Positions 15,977 to 28,779 of a stretch of 64,000 bases of DNA are shown piece after piece. The notes beneath the pieces were generated by a model. The model ran no database searches. It worked only from the letters and a program-made list of their open reading frames with translations, and was not told where the DNA came from. Location: assembly GCA_963743425.1 (NCBI GenBank), contig CAVUPU010000001.1:32150-96149 (forward strand). The letters run 5' to 3'. A program made the translations under genes and the position numbers. The DNA comes from an uncultured Acidobacteriota bacterium. Lineage in GTDB: Bacteria; Acidobacteriota; Blastocatellia; RBC074. The first letter of the stretch is position 1, and every line of letters starts with the position of its first letter.

Positions 15977-16090
15977 AGGTGTCAGGTGTCAGGTGTCAGG
16001 TGTCAGGTGTCAGGTGTCAGTAAAAGAATGACTACATGGATTCCTACTTGAAAACCTGAAACCTGAAACCTGAAACCTGAAACCTGACAC
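15977..16090. repeat. inverted heptamer arrays (GTGTCAG)x5 ... (CCTGAAA)x4-CCTGACAC abutting the ADOP stop codon
   Basis: Direct reading. On the ADOP coding strand, the stop TAG is followed directly by GTGTCAG (GTTTCAG)x4, about 35 nt of spacer, then (CTGACAC)x5. Confidence 0.85.
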
Positions 16091-18529
16091 CTATTCACAT
16101 CTGAGAGCGACCATCGGATCGACCTTCGCCGCGCGCCGGGCGGGAAGATAGCAGGCGATCAACACCACCAGCCCTAACAGCAGCGTCACGCTGGCGAACG
16201 TTACGATGTCGGTGGCGCTCACACCGTAGAGCACGCTCGACATCAGCCTCGTCAAAACCAGCGCGCCCGCCAGGCCTATCGCCAGCCCAGTGAGCGCCAG
16301 CCACATTCCCTGCTTCACGACAAGCCTCATAACGTCGCTCGACTCAGCGCCGAGCGCCATCCTTACGCCGATCTCGCGAGTCCGCTGGCTGGCGGCATAG
16401 GCCATCACGCCGTAAATGCCCAGCCCCGCGAGCAGAAGCGCCAGCAGCGCGAAACTGCCCGCCACCCACGCGCCCGCCTGCAGCGGGAGGAGCGAAAACC
16501 GCATGTGCTCGCTCATCGTCTTGACATCGTAAAGGGGCAGGTTCGCGTCGAGCCGCTCCACCTCGCGCCGAATCGTGTTGATTATGCTCTGCGGTTCGAC
16601 GCCGGTGTGGACGACGAGAGACATGTTTTCGTCGTACTCTCGCGCTATCGGGTAATAGACGAATGGCTGCGGGTCTTCGCCGAGAGTCCAGTACTTGCCG
16701 TCTTTCACGACGCCGACGACCTCGAAGCGCGGGTTGTCAGGTCCGCCTCGGCTCAGGCGCTTGCCGATTGGATTCTGCCCAGGCCAGAAGCGTCGCGCGA
16801 AAGTTTCGTTGACGATCACGACGCGCGACTCCTCTTTGTCCTCCTGCATCGTGAAATCGCGTCCTTCGAGCAATGGAATACCCATCGTCTCGAAATAACG
16901 CGGCCAGACAAGGCCGTATTGCACAGTGGGCAAATCGGAAGCGCGTGTGAACGGCTGGCCTTCGGCATAAATAATGCCGCCATTGAAATCAAGATTGAGT
17001 GGCAGAGAGTCAAGGTATGAGGCGGCGCGCACGCCTGGCAGCGATTCGACGCTCGTAATGAGTTGCTTGTAGAACTCGCGCCCGCGCGCCTCGTCATAGC
17101 CTTGCAGGCCCAGGTCAACCGACATCGTGATCCTGTTTTCGACCTCGAATCCCGGCCCGATCATTTGTACCTGTTGCAGACTGCGCACGATCAGCCCGGC
17201 GGCAATGAGCAAAAGAAGCGAAAGCGCCACCTGCGCGACGACCAATCCGTTGCGGAAACGCGAACGACGATAACCGCCAAGGCCGGCTTCATCCTTCAAT
17301 GCCGGGATCAGATCAACCTTGCTCGACTGCAGAGCCGGCGCCAGGCCGAAGAGCGCGCCGGTAATGAACGAAACGATCAGCGTGAAGGCCATCACGCGCC
17401 AATCGGGTCGCAGATCGATCAAGAGATTGAAATCTACCGGCGGCTTGAAGGCCGCGACCAGATCGATCATCCAGAGCGCGACCAACCAGCCCACGACTCC
17501 GCCGGCGAGCGATAGCGCCACGCTTTCAGTGAGCAACTGCCGTACGATTCTCAAACGCCCCGCGCCGAGCGACAAACGTATGGCGATTTCCCTGCGCCGC
17601 TGAGCCGCTCTCGCCAGCGACAAATTGGCCAGGTTCACGCAGGCGATCAGCAACACCAGCCCCACAGTCGCCATCAACACTCCCGCGAATCCCAATGTCC
17701 CATAACGGATTAACGGAACCGCCAGACCGGGCGGAGTGACGCTGAACGTCGTTTCACCGAGGCCCTGGTCCTCGCGCGCAAACTGCGCCAGCAACAGGGT
17801 GAGCGATTCACGCGCCTGTGTCGCGGTCACGCCCCGTTTCAGGCGACCAAACGCGAGGATCCCGCCGTTACCGCGATTTTCAAACCAACTCGATTCTCCC
17901 GGCGCGATTTGCTTCACCATCATCATTGGCGTGTAGAAATCCGGCTCGAAGATCAACACCGTTCCGCGAAACTCTTCGGGCGCGACGCCGATGATCGTGA
18001 AGTCGTGGCCATTGAGCTTGATCGTCTTGCCTACCAGGTTCGGATCGCCGCCGAAGCGACGCTGCCAACAGCCGTAGCTCACAACCGCGAGAGGATGCGC
18101 GCCCGGGACACGGTCTTCTTCCTGCGTGAACATTCGGCCTTTGAAGGCGCGCACGCCGAGCGTATCAAAATAATTACCCGAAGCCAGATAGCCAAAGACG
18201 CGCTCATTGACGCCGTTCTGACTCAGATTCATCGGCACAGGGATATATGCCGCCAGCCCGTCAAAGACTTCGTTCTTGTCGCGAAAATCTTTGTAGGTAG
18301 GATAAGAGTAAGCCCCGATGCTGGCGTCCTTCCTCAACGGAGTGACTTCGACGATCCGCTCCGGCTCCGCAATGGGCAGCGGCCGAAGCGCCACCGTGTT
18401 GACCAAACTGAAAATGGCTGTGTTCGCGCCGATTCCCAGGCCGAGCGTGATGATGGCGATTAATGTAAAGCCAGGCTTCCTCAACAACGTTCGCGCGCCG
18501 TAGCGCAGGTCTTGAAATAAAGTGTTCAT
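16091..18529 (-). CDS. ADOP-family ABC transporter permease (MacB-like, two FtsX modules with large periplasmic domains)
   Basis: N-terminal leader [22 protein letters not shown]. About 810 aa. Ends MVALRCE. The start was moved to ATG 18529, which has RBS GGAGGAAGG. Confidence 0.85.
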   Translation of the reverse strand: MNTLFQDLRYGARTLLRKPGFTLIAIITLGLGIGANTAIFSLVNTVALRPLPIAEPERIVEVTPLRKDASIGAYSYPTYKDFRDKNEVFDGLAAYIPVPMNLSQNGVNERVFGYLASGNYFDTLGVRAFKGRMFTQEEDRVPGAHPLAVVSYGCWQRRFGGDPNLVGKTIKLNGHDFTIIGVAPEEFRGTVLIFEPDFYTPMMMVKQIAPGESSWFENRGNGGILAFGRLKRGVTATQARESLTLLLAQFAREDQGLGETTFSVTPPGLAVPLIRYGTLGFAGVLMATVGLVLLIACVNLANLSLARAAQRRREIAIRLSLGAGRLRIVRQLLTESVALSLAGGVVGWLVALWMIDLVAAFKPPVDFNLLIDLRPDWRVMAFTLIVSFITGALFGLAPALQSSKVDLIPALKDEAGLGGYRRSRFRNGLVVAQVALSLLLLIAAGLIVRSLQQVQMIGPGFEVENRITMSVDLGLQGYDEARGREFYKQLITSVESLPGVRAASYLDSLPLNLDFNGGIIYAEGQPFTRASDLPTVQYGLVWPRYFETMGIPLLEGRDFTMQEDKEESRVVIVNETFARRFWPGQNPIGKRLSRGGPDNPRFEVVGVVKDGKYWTLGEDPQPFVYYPIAREYDENMSLVVHTGVEPQSIINTIRREVERLDANLPLYDVKTMSEHMRFSLLPLQAGAWVAGSFALLALLLAGLGIYGVMAYAASQRTREIGVRMALGAESSDVMRLVVKQGMWLALTGLAIGLAGALVLTRLMSSVLYGVSATDIVTFASVTLLLGLVVLIACYLPARRAAKVDPMVALRCE

Positions 18530-18545
18530 CGTCCTTCCTCCTTGT

Positions 18546-19908
18546 TTATTCGTTTTTCCCCAACGTGTAATCACCTTTGCGTTCACCGGGAATGAGCGTC
18601 CAGCCCGCGTTCAACTCCAGCGTCCAGCCATCGCCCTGAATCGGTTTGGGGGCCGGATCACGCGGAGCGGGGACCCGGATTTGAGAAAAGGCAGGGTTCA
18701 TCAACGCGCCCTCTGAAACAGTCAGTATTCCCCATACATCCACGATCCTGATGTTGGGATAAACCGTGCCGAGATCATCGAGCGGCTGGAGATTGTTCGG
18801 GTCGAACTGCATATTCATTTGGCGGAGCGGGACCACCAGAGCAGGCCCGTCAACCAAACGCGCGCGCCAGGCGGCGATGCGACGCCGGCGATCATTTTCA
18901 CGCTCAGTCTCCGAGGCGCGGAGCGCGTCTGAGGCGTAACGCCGGGCGGCTTCGGCTATTGCCTGTCCGATGTTCGGAGGCGGTTTCAGGGCCATCGCTC
19001 GTTGCAGCAGGAGTCCGAAATCGCTCTCCGGTCTCAATCCCTTTCTCCATTCCTTTCCGGCTTCATCAAGCAACAGCCCATAAGCAGGGCCGGACGCATA
19101 AGCGAACGAGCGCGTAAAAGATCGGCTGCGCTCCGCTTCCTTGAGCTGGCGCGCGGCGAATTGAACACCCGGCCTGCCGCTCAATCTGACGCCGGAGTAC
19201 TCAGCCAGGCCTTCGTGCATTTCCAACGCCCGCTCTTCCTGCTCGGCTTTTGGAAAGAGCGTCCTTCGATAGGCGCGAAAGATCAAGGCGTCGCTGACTG
19301 CCTGCCGGCGCTGCTTCCCTCGCCGCTTCAACCCCAACTCGAGCGCGCGCCATTCAAGTTGCAGCCAGACACGCCCCTCCATCGAATCCAGATGGCTATT
19401 GGACGGCATTGAGCCAGGTAAGCCGAGCTGATCCTGAATGCGATGCCACAATTCATGGATACATGAATCCTGCTCGATCGAATTGATCGGCGGGCAAAGG
19501 CCAGATCATCGTCGCCCACTTCACCCCCGCCCATTCAACGGCAGTATTGGCAATGTTCATCTGATTGGGGAGCTTCCCGACAAAGACCTCGCCGGAGCTT
19601 TTCAATCGCCCTTCACGGTCGCCTTGATTGGCCACCACCGCGCGCGTTTTCGCATCGACGAAAAGCATCGGCCCGCATAGCGAAACGCCCCAGAGCTTGC
19701 CGTTGTCCCGCCGGCATGATGCCTCCGCCTCACTGAAATATTGGCGCGCCATAGAAAGGTCAATTGGCGAATCTTGCGCCGCCACGTCGAAGATCGCCGC
19801 GCCGGCGCCCATGCCGAGCGCCAGCGTGGCGCCAGCAGTCCAAGTGAAAACACATCGCTTCAACAACGTTCGCGCGCCGTACCGCAGGCCTTGCCACAGT
19901 GTTTGCAT
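18546..19908 (-). CDS. chimeric or frameshifted gene: ADOP-type leader ([17 protein letters not shown] plus a TM segment) fused to an unrelated soluble domain; frame break at ~19452
   Basis: ORFs 19453-19908 and 18546-19451 are adjacent on the minus strand in different frames. Only the first ~45 residues resemble ADOP proteins. Confidence 0.45.
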
Positions 19909-19924
19909 AATTCCTCCAAGAGAA

Positions 19925-20015
19925 GATGCCAGATGCTGGATGTCAGATGTCAGTGAGAGAGCATTGCCGCCACTCTTCTACCAACATCGAACATCTGACA
20001 TCTGATATCTGACAT
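19925..20015. repeat. inverted heptamer arrays (GATGYYR)x4 ... (ACATCTG / ATATCTG)x4 abutting the ADOP stop codon
   Basis: Direct reading. The coding-strand stop TAG is followed by ATGTCAG ATATCAG ATGTCAG ATGTTCG... The units resemble the terminal codons of the ADOP gene (...AGATGCGAATAG). Confidence 0.8.
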
Positions 20016-22514
20016 CTATTCGCATCTGAGCGCGATCATCGGATCCACCTTCGTCGCCCGTCGCGCCGGAACGAGCGCGGCGAGCAACGCTACTCCCACC
20101 AGCAACAACGCGACACCGGCAAAAGTCGCCGGATCGGTGGCGCTCACGCCGAAGAGCAGGCTCGCGAGCAGCCGCGTCAACAACAACGAGCCGATGACGC
20201 CGATCGTCGCGCCGGCGGCGATCAGCATTCCGCCCTGCCCCATCACCAGCCTCAGAACGTCTCCGGCCGTCGCGCCTAAAGCCATCCTGACGCCGATCTC
20301 CTTTGTCCGCTCTGCGACCGCGTAAGCCATCACGCCGTAGACGCCCATCACAGCGAGGGCGAGCGCGACGGCGGCGAAGACCGAGAAGATGACCAGGCTG
20401 AAGCGGCGTTGGTCGAGCGAGGAGGAGAAGATTTGTTGAATCGTGCGGAAACTGACAGGCAATTCCGGGTTGAGCGCGCGCGTCGTCCGGCTCATAGCGG
20501 CAGTGAGCGTCGCCGGGTCGGCCTGCGCCCGCACGACGATTGAGATCTGCGAAAGCGGTGGGCGCTGGAGCGCATTGCCATAGACCGTCGGCTGCGCGTC
20601 AGCATCCAGTCCGTCGGCGCGCACATCGCCGACGACGCCGACAATGTGCAACAGGCGCAGATCAGTGTCCATGTTCCCGAACTGAATGCGCTTGCCTATC
20701 GGGTCTTCATTCGGCCAGTACTTCCGGGCGAGCGACTGGCTGATGACCGCTACGTGTTGGCCTTCGAGCCTGTCGCCCTCGTCGAAGACGCGGCCCTTCA
20801 CAAGCGGGATACCCGCCGCGGCGAAGTAGCCCACGCTCGCAACGCGGTAATCGGCGTAGCCTATCTTCGCCGGGTTATTGTCAATCCAGAATGTTCCGTC
20901 GCCGCGATCGCCGTCCATTGGCACGCCGTTGACGCCGCCGATCGCGACGACGCCGGGCAGGTTTCTGAGACCGTCGAGCAACTGCCGATAAAACAGCGTC
21001 TGCCGCCACCGATACTCTACATATTCGTCCGGCTCGGGCAGGCTCTCCGGCATGCCGCCTCCCTCCATCATCCGCTCGAAGGCTCGCACGACTTGCTGTT
21101 CGTGCCGTCCGCGATCCGGGCCGGTGTAATCCGGCAATGACAGATCCATAACGATGGCGCTCTCGGCGCGGAAGCCGGGATCAACCTGAAGCAGCCGGTA
21201 AAAACTCTTGCCGAGCAGCCCCGCCCCCGTCAGCAGCGCGAGCGTCAAAGCCACCTGCGCCACGACGAGCGCGCTCCGCAGCCGGTTGCTCGTAGCTTGC
21301 CCCGCCTGGCCGCGCCCGCCGTCCTTCAGGTTGTCGTGCAGTTCGTTTTGCGAGAGTCGCGCGACCGGCGCGAGGCCGAGCGCGACCGCGATGAACAACG
21401 CGAGGCCGAGCGTAAAACCGAGCGCCCGCATGTCCACTCCGATCTCATCTGCGCGCGGCACACTGCCAGGATTCAATCCGATTAGCAGGTCCACGCCCCA
21501 GAGCGCAAATAGCGCGCCGAGCGCCCCGGCGATCAGAGCCAGCAGCGCATTCTCCGTCACGAACTGCGCCGCAAGTCTCCGCCTCGTCGCCCCGAGCGCA
21601 GCGCGCACGGCAAGCTCTTTCTGCCGCGCCGTCATTTGCGCGAGCAACAGGTTCGCCACGTTCGCGCAAGCCACCATCAACAGAAATCCGACGGCGGCGA
21701 GGACGATCAGCAACAGGTTCTTCGTGTCGCCGACTATGAACTCGTGGATCGGGATCGCGGCAATGTCCACGGCGTCTACGTCCTTGCCGTGTTCCTGCTT
21801 GATCTGCCTGGCGATGGCGCTCAGGTCGGAGCGGGCCTGCTCGATCGTTACGCCGCTCTTGAGCCGCGCAAACACGCTCCAGTTGTGCGCCGAGCGTGAG
21901 GTCTCTGGCGGAAGTAGCTCGCGCGGCGCCCACACATCGAATCCCTGTGGGAAACTGAAGCCCGGCGGCATCACGCCGACCACATCGAAGACCCGATCGC
22001 TGATCAGCAGTCTCACTCCGGCCAGATCAGCGCGCCCGCCGAGTCCCCTCTGCCAGAAGCCGTGGCTGACTACGGCTATCTGCTTGCCGCCGTCTTTAGC
22101 ATCTTCAGGCAGGAACGCTCGACCGGCGAGCGGCGCGACACCCAACACGCGGAAGAAATCATTCGTCGCGAAGAGTACTCGCGCACGCAACGGCTCGCTG
22201 CCGCCCGTTACCGTCTCCATCCCACCGGCGTACTCGGCGACGGCTTCGAGGCTGCGGTTGCGCTTGCGCACATCGCGGAAGTTCGGGTCGGTGAAGGCCA
22301 CCGGGCGGCCCTTCTCGTTCACCTCGCGCATCTGCACGACACGGTCAGCCCCAGGATAAGGCAGCGAACGTAGCAGCGCCGCGTCCACGATGCTGAAGAT
22401 GGCCGTGCAGGCGCCAATGCCCAGCGCCAATGTCAGTACGGCGATCGAGGTAAAGCCGGGCTTCTTCAGCAACATTCGCGCGCCGTAGCGCAGGTCTTGT
22501 AAGAGTGTTTGCAT
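20016..22514 (-). CDS. ADOP-family ABC transporter permease (MacB-like)
   Basis: [22 protein letters not shown] leader. 832 aa. Ends MIALRCE. Confidence 0.85.
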   Translation of the reverse strand: MQTLLQDLRYGARMLLKKPGFTSIAVLTLALGIGACTAIFSIVDAALLRSLPYPGADRVVQMREVNEKGRPVAFTDPNFRDVRKRNRSLEAVAEYAGGMETVTGGSEPLRARVLFATNDFFRVLGVAPLAGRAFLPEDAKDGGKQIAVVSHGFWQRGLGGRADLAGVRLLISDRVFDVVGVMPPGFSFPQGFDVWAPRELLPPETSRSAHNWSVFARLKSGVTIEQARSDLSAIARQIKQEHGKDVDAVDIAAIPIHEFIVGDTKNLLLIVLAAVGFLLMVACANVANLLLAQMTARQKELAVRAALGATRRRLAAQFVTENALLALIAGALGALFALWGVDLLIGLNPGSVPRADEIGVDMRALGFTLGLALFIAVALGLAPVARLSQNELHDNLKDGGRGQAGQATSNRLRSALVVAQVALTLALLTGAGLLGKSFYRLLQVDPGFRAESAIVMDLSLPDYTGPDRGRHEQQVVRAFERMMEGGGMPESLPEPDEYVEYRWRQTLFYRQLLDGLRNLPGVVAIGGVNGVPMDGDRGDGTFWIDNNPAKIGYADYRVASVGYFAAAGIPLVKGRVFDEGDRLEGQHVAVISQSLARKYWPNEDPIGKRIQFGNMDTDLRLLHIVGVVGDVRADGLDADAQPTVYGNALQRPPLSQISIVVRAQADPATLTAAMSRTTRALNPELPVSFRTIQQIFSSSLDQRRFSLVIFSVFAAVALALAVMGVYGVMAYAVAERTKEIGVRMALGATAGDVLRLVMGQGGMLIAAGATIGVIGSLLLTRLLASLLFGVSATDPATFAGVALLLVGVALLAALVPARRATKVDPMIALRCE

Positions 22515-22777
22515 GAATTCCTCCCGTTGATCGCCAGTTCACAGTTAGCGAAAGACACGCCTTCTCGCGCGTTGCATTGCCAAAGCTGTGCCAATGCGGC
22601 TGTGAAGCTAATTGGCAAAATCGTTTGGTTTAGCCGGGTTTATTAGGCTGTGCGCTCTTGCCGGGTGTGCGTTTTTGGGAATTGCGAGTCCCAGAATCGA
22701 AAACGCCGCAGCACGCGGAAATAGCAGAACACATAATAGGCAAAGAAACGGCGGAAAAATTGACAGCGCAAAAAAGC

Positions 22778-22813
22778 GACCGTAAACTTACCGCTCGGTA
22801 AGTTTACGGTCAC
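22778..22813. promoter_or_regulatory. 34-bp perfect palindrome GACCGTAAACTTACCG-CT-CGGTAAGTTTACGGTC about 265 bp upstream of the ADOP gene; putative operator. A near-copy lies at 33222-33250.
   Basis: Direct reading. The site at 33222 matches at 23 of 24 positions over CGTAAACTTACCGNTCGGTAAGT. Confidence 0.5.
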
Positions 22814-23139
22814 AACCAGGCAATCATAGCGCGAACTGTCGAGCTAAAGTTTCTACAGATGTCTTTGCGCCAGAGGCGCAGCGGATATTAGCCGGTGGTG
22901 GAGCGAAGCGTAACCACCGGAACCGGTGGAGTGATCTATTCCAGCCCCGGAGGGGCGACAGACCGAGCCTCAGTCTGTCGCCCCTCCGGGGCTGGGTTGA
23001 TGATCTCGATCGCATCCGGTGGTTTCTCCACCGGCTAATATCCGGCGTCCCTCCGGGACGAAGAGTAATCCCGGATTTGTATAGAAACTTTAGCTGCCGA
23101 GTTTGCGCCGCTTCCGCAACTGAGCGTGTAAATTTCGAT

Positions 23140-23427
23140 ATGCAACAACCTATCTGGAACTTCGAGCAGAAACCGACGGATGAGCAGTTGGATGAAACCG
23201 GCGTCAATCTGCGCGCCTATTTCGACCGAATGGATGATGAGAAGATGCGGCAGTACGATCCGCCCTGGAGCGACGAACAGGTCGTCGAGTGGGACGGCAA
23301 CTTCCGCGACGACGGAAATCTGATGATGTTTTGCTGTGAACGCGATGTCGAGGTGGATGAATACCGTCGCGTGCTGGAAGAATGCATTGAGTATCGCAAC
23401 AGGGTCAGGGAAAAACTGCTCGGTTGA
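23140..23427 (+). CDS. hypothetical acidic protein
   Basis: ORF with coding-like composition. A start at the internal Met (MQQPIWNF) is the more plausible one. No motifs. Confidence 0.35.
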   Translation: MQQPIWNFEQKPTDEQLDETGVNLRAYFDRMDDEKMRQYDPPWSDEQVVEWDGNFRDDGNLMMFCCERDVEVDEYRRVLEECIEYRNRVREKLLG

Positions 23428-23432
23428 GATCT

Positions 23433-23531
23433 CATTTTCCATTTTCCATTTTAGATTTGTCATTTGTCATTGACTGAGAGGAACTGAGCGCAATGACAAA
23501 TGACAAATCTAAAATGGAAAATGGAAAATGG
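23433..23531. repeat. hairpin element built from heptamer repeats (CCATTTT)x3, (GTCATTT)x2, a 20-nt loop, then (AATGACA)x2, (AAATGGA)x3
   Basis: Direct reading. It has perfect 33-bp arms and lies between convergent genes. It shares motifs with the element at 54886-54996. Confidence 0.8.
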
Positions 23532-23558
23532 TTTGTGGTCGCAGATCCTTTTCGCTCA

Positions 23559-24590
23559 TCAATACTCACACAGCGGGCTGTGGACCTCGTACCGTTTGAC
23601 GTCCTTGAAGCCTTCGCCCTGATGGCAATCCGCGCAGATCGGCGCCCGTAAGACGCGGCGGTGTTTGAAGCTCGAATTGGCGTGGACCTGATGGCAGCTC
23701 AGACAGGTGATTGATTCATTGCCGTATAGCGCGACGTCACGCGCGTTGCGCCAGACGTGGCGGTCTCCCGCGTTCAGCTTCTGATCATCGGCCTTGGCCC
23801 AATCCACTTCCAAATCCTGAAACAGATTGTCGCCCGCCACGAAATTGTTTTGGTAGGGCAGACCCGTTGACCGCGATTTCGATTCGCGCAGGTGGCATTG
23901 CGCGCAGATCGAGGTAATCGCCCTGGCGTCATTGCGCCGCTTTTTCGACAACAGGACCAGCGATGTGTCATTGGTGTGATTGAGGTCAACGGGGCCGTGG
24001 CAGGTGTAGCAATCCAGCCCGAACGCGCTGAAGGCTCTGGTCTCGGGATCAACCGCTGTCGTGTGACAGCCCGCGCACCGGTTGGCGAACTTTTCTTTGT
24101 CCCACGCGAGCTTCTCGTGATCAATCAACGTAGCAGGTTGGCCGTTCGCGCCGAGCGCGGCCTGCGCATTGAGCATAGTGAATTTGCCGTAGCCCTCTTT
24201 CTTCAGAAAGCGCACGCGGCGCCGGCTGCCGATGAAGTATTCGATTTGCTTCGCGGCGTCTGCAAGAGCCGGCAAGGATTCAAGCATTTTGGTCAATTCC
24301 GGCGCATCTTCGCGCTGCCGCACCGTAACGCCGTGCGCGTTCTTCTGCCACGAGGGGCCGATGTCGTTACGATGGCAGAAGAGGCATTCGTCGCCGTGCA
24401 CGAATTCCGGGATCGGTTTGCCGACGTGATTGCCGCCCCATGCTTTCGGATCAACCGGCTTCTGCTCCGGCTTGTTCTGATCCTGTCCGCTCGCGGCGCC
24501 GTTGAAGCATAGAGCGAAAAGCGCGAACGCGCAAACAACCAGCGACTTTGCGATGGCGGTTGGCCGCGTGATTTTGCTTCTCGAACGCAT
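23559..24590 (-). CDS. hexaheme c-type cytochrome (six CxxCH motifs), secreted
   Basis: CLFCH, CAGCH, CYTCH, CAQCH, CLSCH and CADCH. Signal peptide follows the internal Met (MRSRSKITRPTAIAKSLVVCAFALFA). Start set at 24590. Confidence 0.8.
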   Translation of the reverse strand: MRSRSKITRPTAIAKSLVVCAFALFALCFNGAASGQDQNKPEQKPVDPKAWGGNHVGKPIPEFVHGDECLFCHRNDIGPSWQKNAHGVTVRQREDAPELTKMLESLPALADAAKQIEYFIGSRRRVRFLKKEGYGKFTMLNAQAALGANGQPATLIDHEKLAWDKEKFANRCAGCHTTAVDPETRAFSAFGLDCYTCHGPVDLNHTNDTSLVLLSKKRRNDARAITSICAQCHLRESKSRSTGLPYQNNFVAGDNLFQDLEVDWAKADDQKLNAGDRHVWRNARDVALYGNESITCLSCHQVHANSSFKHRRVLRAPICADCHQGEGFKDVKRYEVHSPLCEY

Positions 24591-24607
24591 GAGGCTATTG
24601 AAGATCG

Positions 24608-24700
24608 CCCCTGGGTACGCATCGCTTCCAGCGTGCGAGGCTCCGATCAAAGACCGAGTAATGGAAGCCTCGCACGCTGGAAGCGATGCGTACCCAGGGG
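24608..24700. repeat. GTAC-type perfect hairpin (34-bp arms CCCCTGGGTACGCATCGCTTCCAGCGTGCGAGGC, 25-nt loop)
   Basis: Direct reading. It sits between two co-directional genes. Confidence 0.8.
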
Positions 24701-24703
24701 ATT

Positions 24704-25252
24704 TTATGACTTCGGCTTTTTGATCGCGCCTTCGACCGGGCTTTTCGCCCCCTCGGCGTATTTCGCGCCAATCAGCGCGTAGGTCTTCTCCGCGCGCAGT
24801 TTCAGTTGTTCAAGACCTTTCTGAAAATCCTCTTCCTTGAAATTCTCGTCACAGAACGCGCAGCAGCTTTCAAAAGTCAGACCGAGCCGCTTCCACTGCA
24901 GCATCCCGCCGGGCGCGACCTGATCGGTCACCGGGCACCAGATCACGCTCATCGCGCGCATGAAGTTGTTGATGAATCGTTGGCGCTCAGCCGCTTTGGC
25001 GTATTTGTCCGGGTCTTTCAAAAACTTCTCCTGCGCGTCCGCCTTACTCCCGCGATAGGTCACGCCTTTGTAATCCCATATGGGCAGCTTCGGATCGGAT
25101 GGTTCCAGATAGACCGGGCAGAGATCTACAGATTTCTGCGCTTCGGAGATTTTGACCTTCTCGAGCGTCACCGCGTCGGCGGGTAGTTGGGCGAAAGCGG
25201 CGCCCGCCGTCGCAAGGAGTATGAAAACTATCAATGCCAATCGTCGCAACAT
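24704..25252 (-). CDS. secreted hypothetical protein (possible accessory subunit of the redox cluster)
   Basis: Signal peptide MLRRLALIVFILLATAGAAFA. Conserved Cys residues (CPV, WCPV, CCAFC). No assignable domain. Confidence 0.5.
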   Translation of the reverse strand: MLRRLALIVFILLATAGAAFAQLPADAVTLEKVKISEAQKSVDLCPVYLEPSDPKLPIWDYKGVTYRGSKADAQEKFLKDPDKYAKAAERQRFINNFMRAMSVIWCPVTDQVAPGGMLQWKRLGLTFESCCAFCDENFKEEDFQKGLEQLKLRAEKTYALIGAKYAEGAKSPVEGAIKKPKS

Positions 25253-25299
25253 ATTTCATTTCCTCTATACCTGAGCGCATACGACTCGTAATTCCTTGT

Positions 25300-27305
<2,006 letters not shown>

Positions 27306-27309
<4 letters not shown>

Positions 27310-28733
27310 TATCCTCTCTTCAGGTCTTCATTGAGCGAGTTCAAGAACGCGACAAGCGGAGCGATCTCCGCCGCGCCGATCCTGATCTTCGCCAACTCCT
27401 CATCGCCTTCGCGGACGCGACCCGCGCGGGCCATATCGCTTAAACGAATTATCTCTCCCAAAGTTTCTTCCAGCGTTTGAATAGAGCCGTTGTGAAAATA
27501 GGGATGCGTGTAAGCCAGATTGCGCAGCGTTGGCGTTTTGAACGTGGCGATCATCCTTCGCAGGAAAATGTCATCACTCTCTCCGGCGCGGCGCAGCGGC
27601 GATGTTTTCAGATCAACGAAATTCCAGAAGCCCAGGTCAGTCTCGCCCGGCTTCTCCTTCGACGGATTTTCGCGGAACTGCGCCGACGGGCGGCGCGCCG
27701 ACGCGGCGTCAGGAATCGCCAGCGCCGCGAATTTGCCTTCGCCACCATCACTATGGACGCGATCGTAATCAACCTGGCTGACACCCTTGTTGTGAAATGA
27801 AAAATCGGTGAAGAGCGGCGGCGTATGGCAGGTCGCGCAATTGCCAGCTTTCGTGTCGAAGAATATCTTCAGCCCTTTGAGCGCCGCCGCGTTGAAATCC
27901 CTCGTGAGCTTGATCGCGCCTTTCGACTCGATCGAATCGATCCCGGCCAGCAGCCGTCGCGCGAAGGCGTTGCCGTCTTCGCCCGGCGCGGGTTTGCTCT
28001 CCAACCGGTTGGCTTCGATGAATTTGTCGTAGGGAGAATCTTTGCGCGTGTTGAGCGTGCGGATGAAGCCGGCCAGGGCTTTGGCTATCAGTTCGACTAC
28101 TTCGTCGCGGCCGAGTTTTTCAACGTCAACGTTGAACGCCGCTTTGAACTGATTTCGATACGACTCCGCGCCGTCGTCATTCGATATGACGGCGCGCGCG
28201 CGTTCGAAGGCCTGGGCCTCTTCGCCCGGCAGCCATCCCATCGGACGCCCCGAGATGGTGCCTCTGACCAGTTCTTCCAGCGAGCCGAATTCGCCGTCGT
28301 GATGCAGCCGGGGCATTTCAGCCACGTCGAAGATCGTCGGCGAATTTCGCAACCCGAGCCGGCGGCGGTCCTGCGCGCGCGACGAGACCCAGCTTCGGTT
28401 GAAGAAATCGGCGTAGGCGCGCAAGCCCTGCGGGTCCTGGTTGAACAGATGGCAATTGCTGCAACTCGCGGGCAGGTCTCCCTCGGGAGTCGAGAACCGG
28501 TCGTCGTTGAACAAACGCTCGCCTAGATGGATTACGGCTGATCTTTCCTGTTTCTGTTGAGATTGGCCGAGCGCGGGTCGAGTGAGATCGCCTGTTAAGC
28601 GTGAAAGCGCCAGACAAAAAAATGTCAGACAGAAAAACAGGAAGCGGGGAATGGGGAATGGGGAATGGGGAATGGGGGGCTTTTCCTCTGTTCCCACTCC
28701 CCACTCCCCACTCCCCGTCTTTCTGTCTGACAT
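27306..28733 (-). CDS. di-heme cytochrome c peroxidase (CCP/MauG family)
   Basis: Two CxxCH motifs (CSNCH, CATCH) with CCP-like spacing. It overlaps the PQQ-DH start by 4 bp. Its N-terminal region is encoded through the repeat array at 28609-28749, so the start is uncertain (28733 or 28754). Confidence 0.8.
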
Positions 28734-28749
28734 TTTTCTGTCTCCTCTT
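28609..28749. repeat. composite palindrome: outer 18-bp arms AAAAATGTCAGACAGAAA/TTTCTGTCTGACATTTTT enclosing (GGGGAAT)x4 ... (CCCCACT)x3
   Basis: Direct reading. It overlaps the 5' end of the CCP ORF. Confidence 0.8.
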
Positions 28750-28779
28750 CCCATGTTCGCTTGCCGGCTTACAGCCCAT

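Noticed and set aside
15977-16090. Tandem short repeats that could be mistaken for CRISPR arrays. The same applies at 7929-8075, 19925-20015 and 28609-28749.
   Set aside because: The units are only 7-9 bp and have no unique spacers. They occur as inverted pairs. No cas genes are present. They are simple tandem repeats, not CRISPR.
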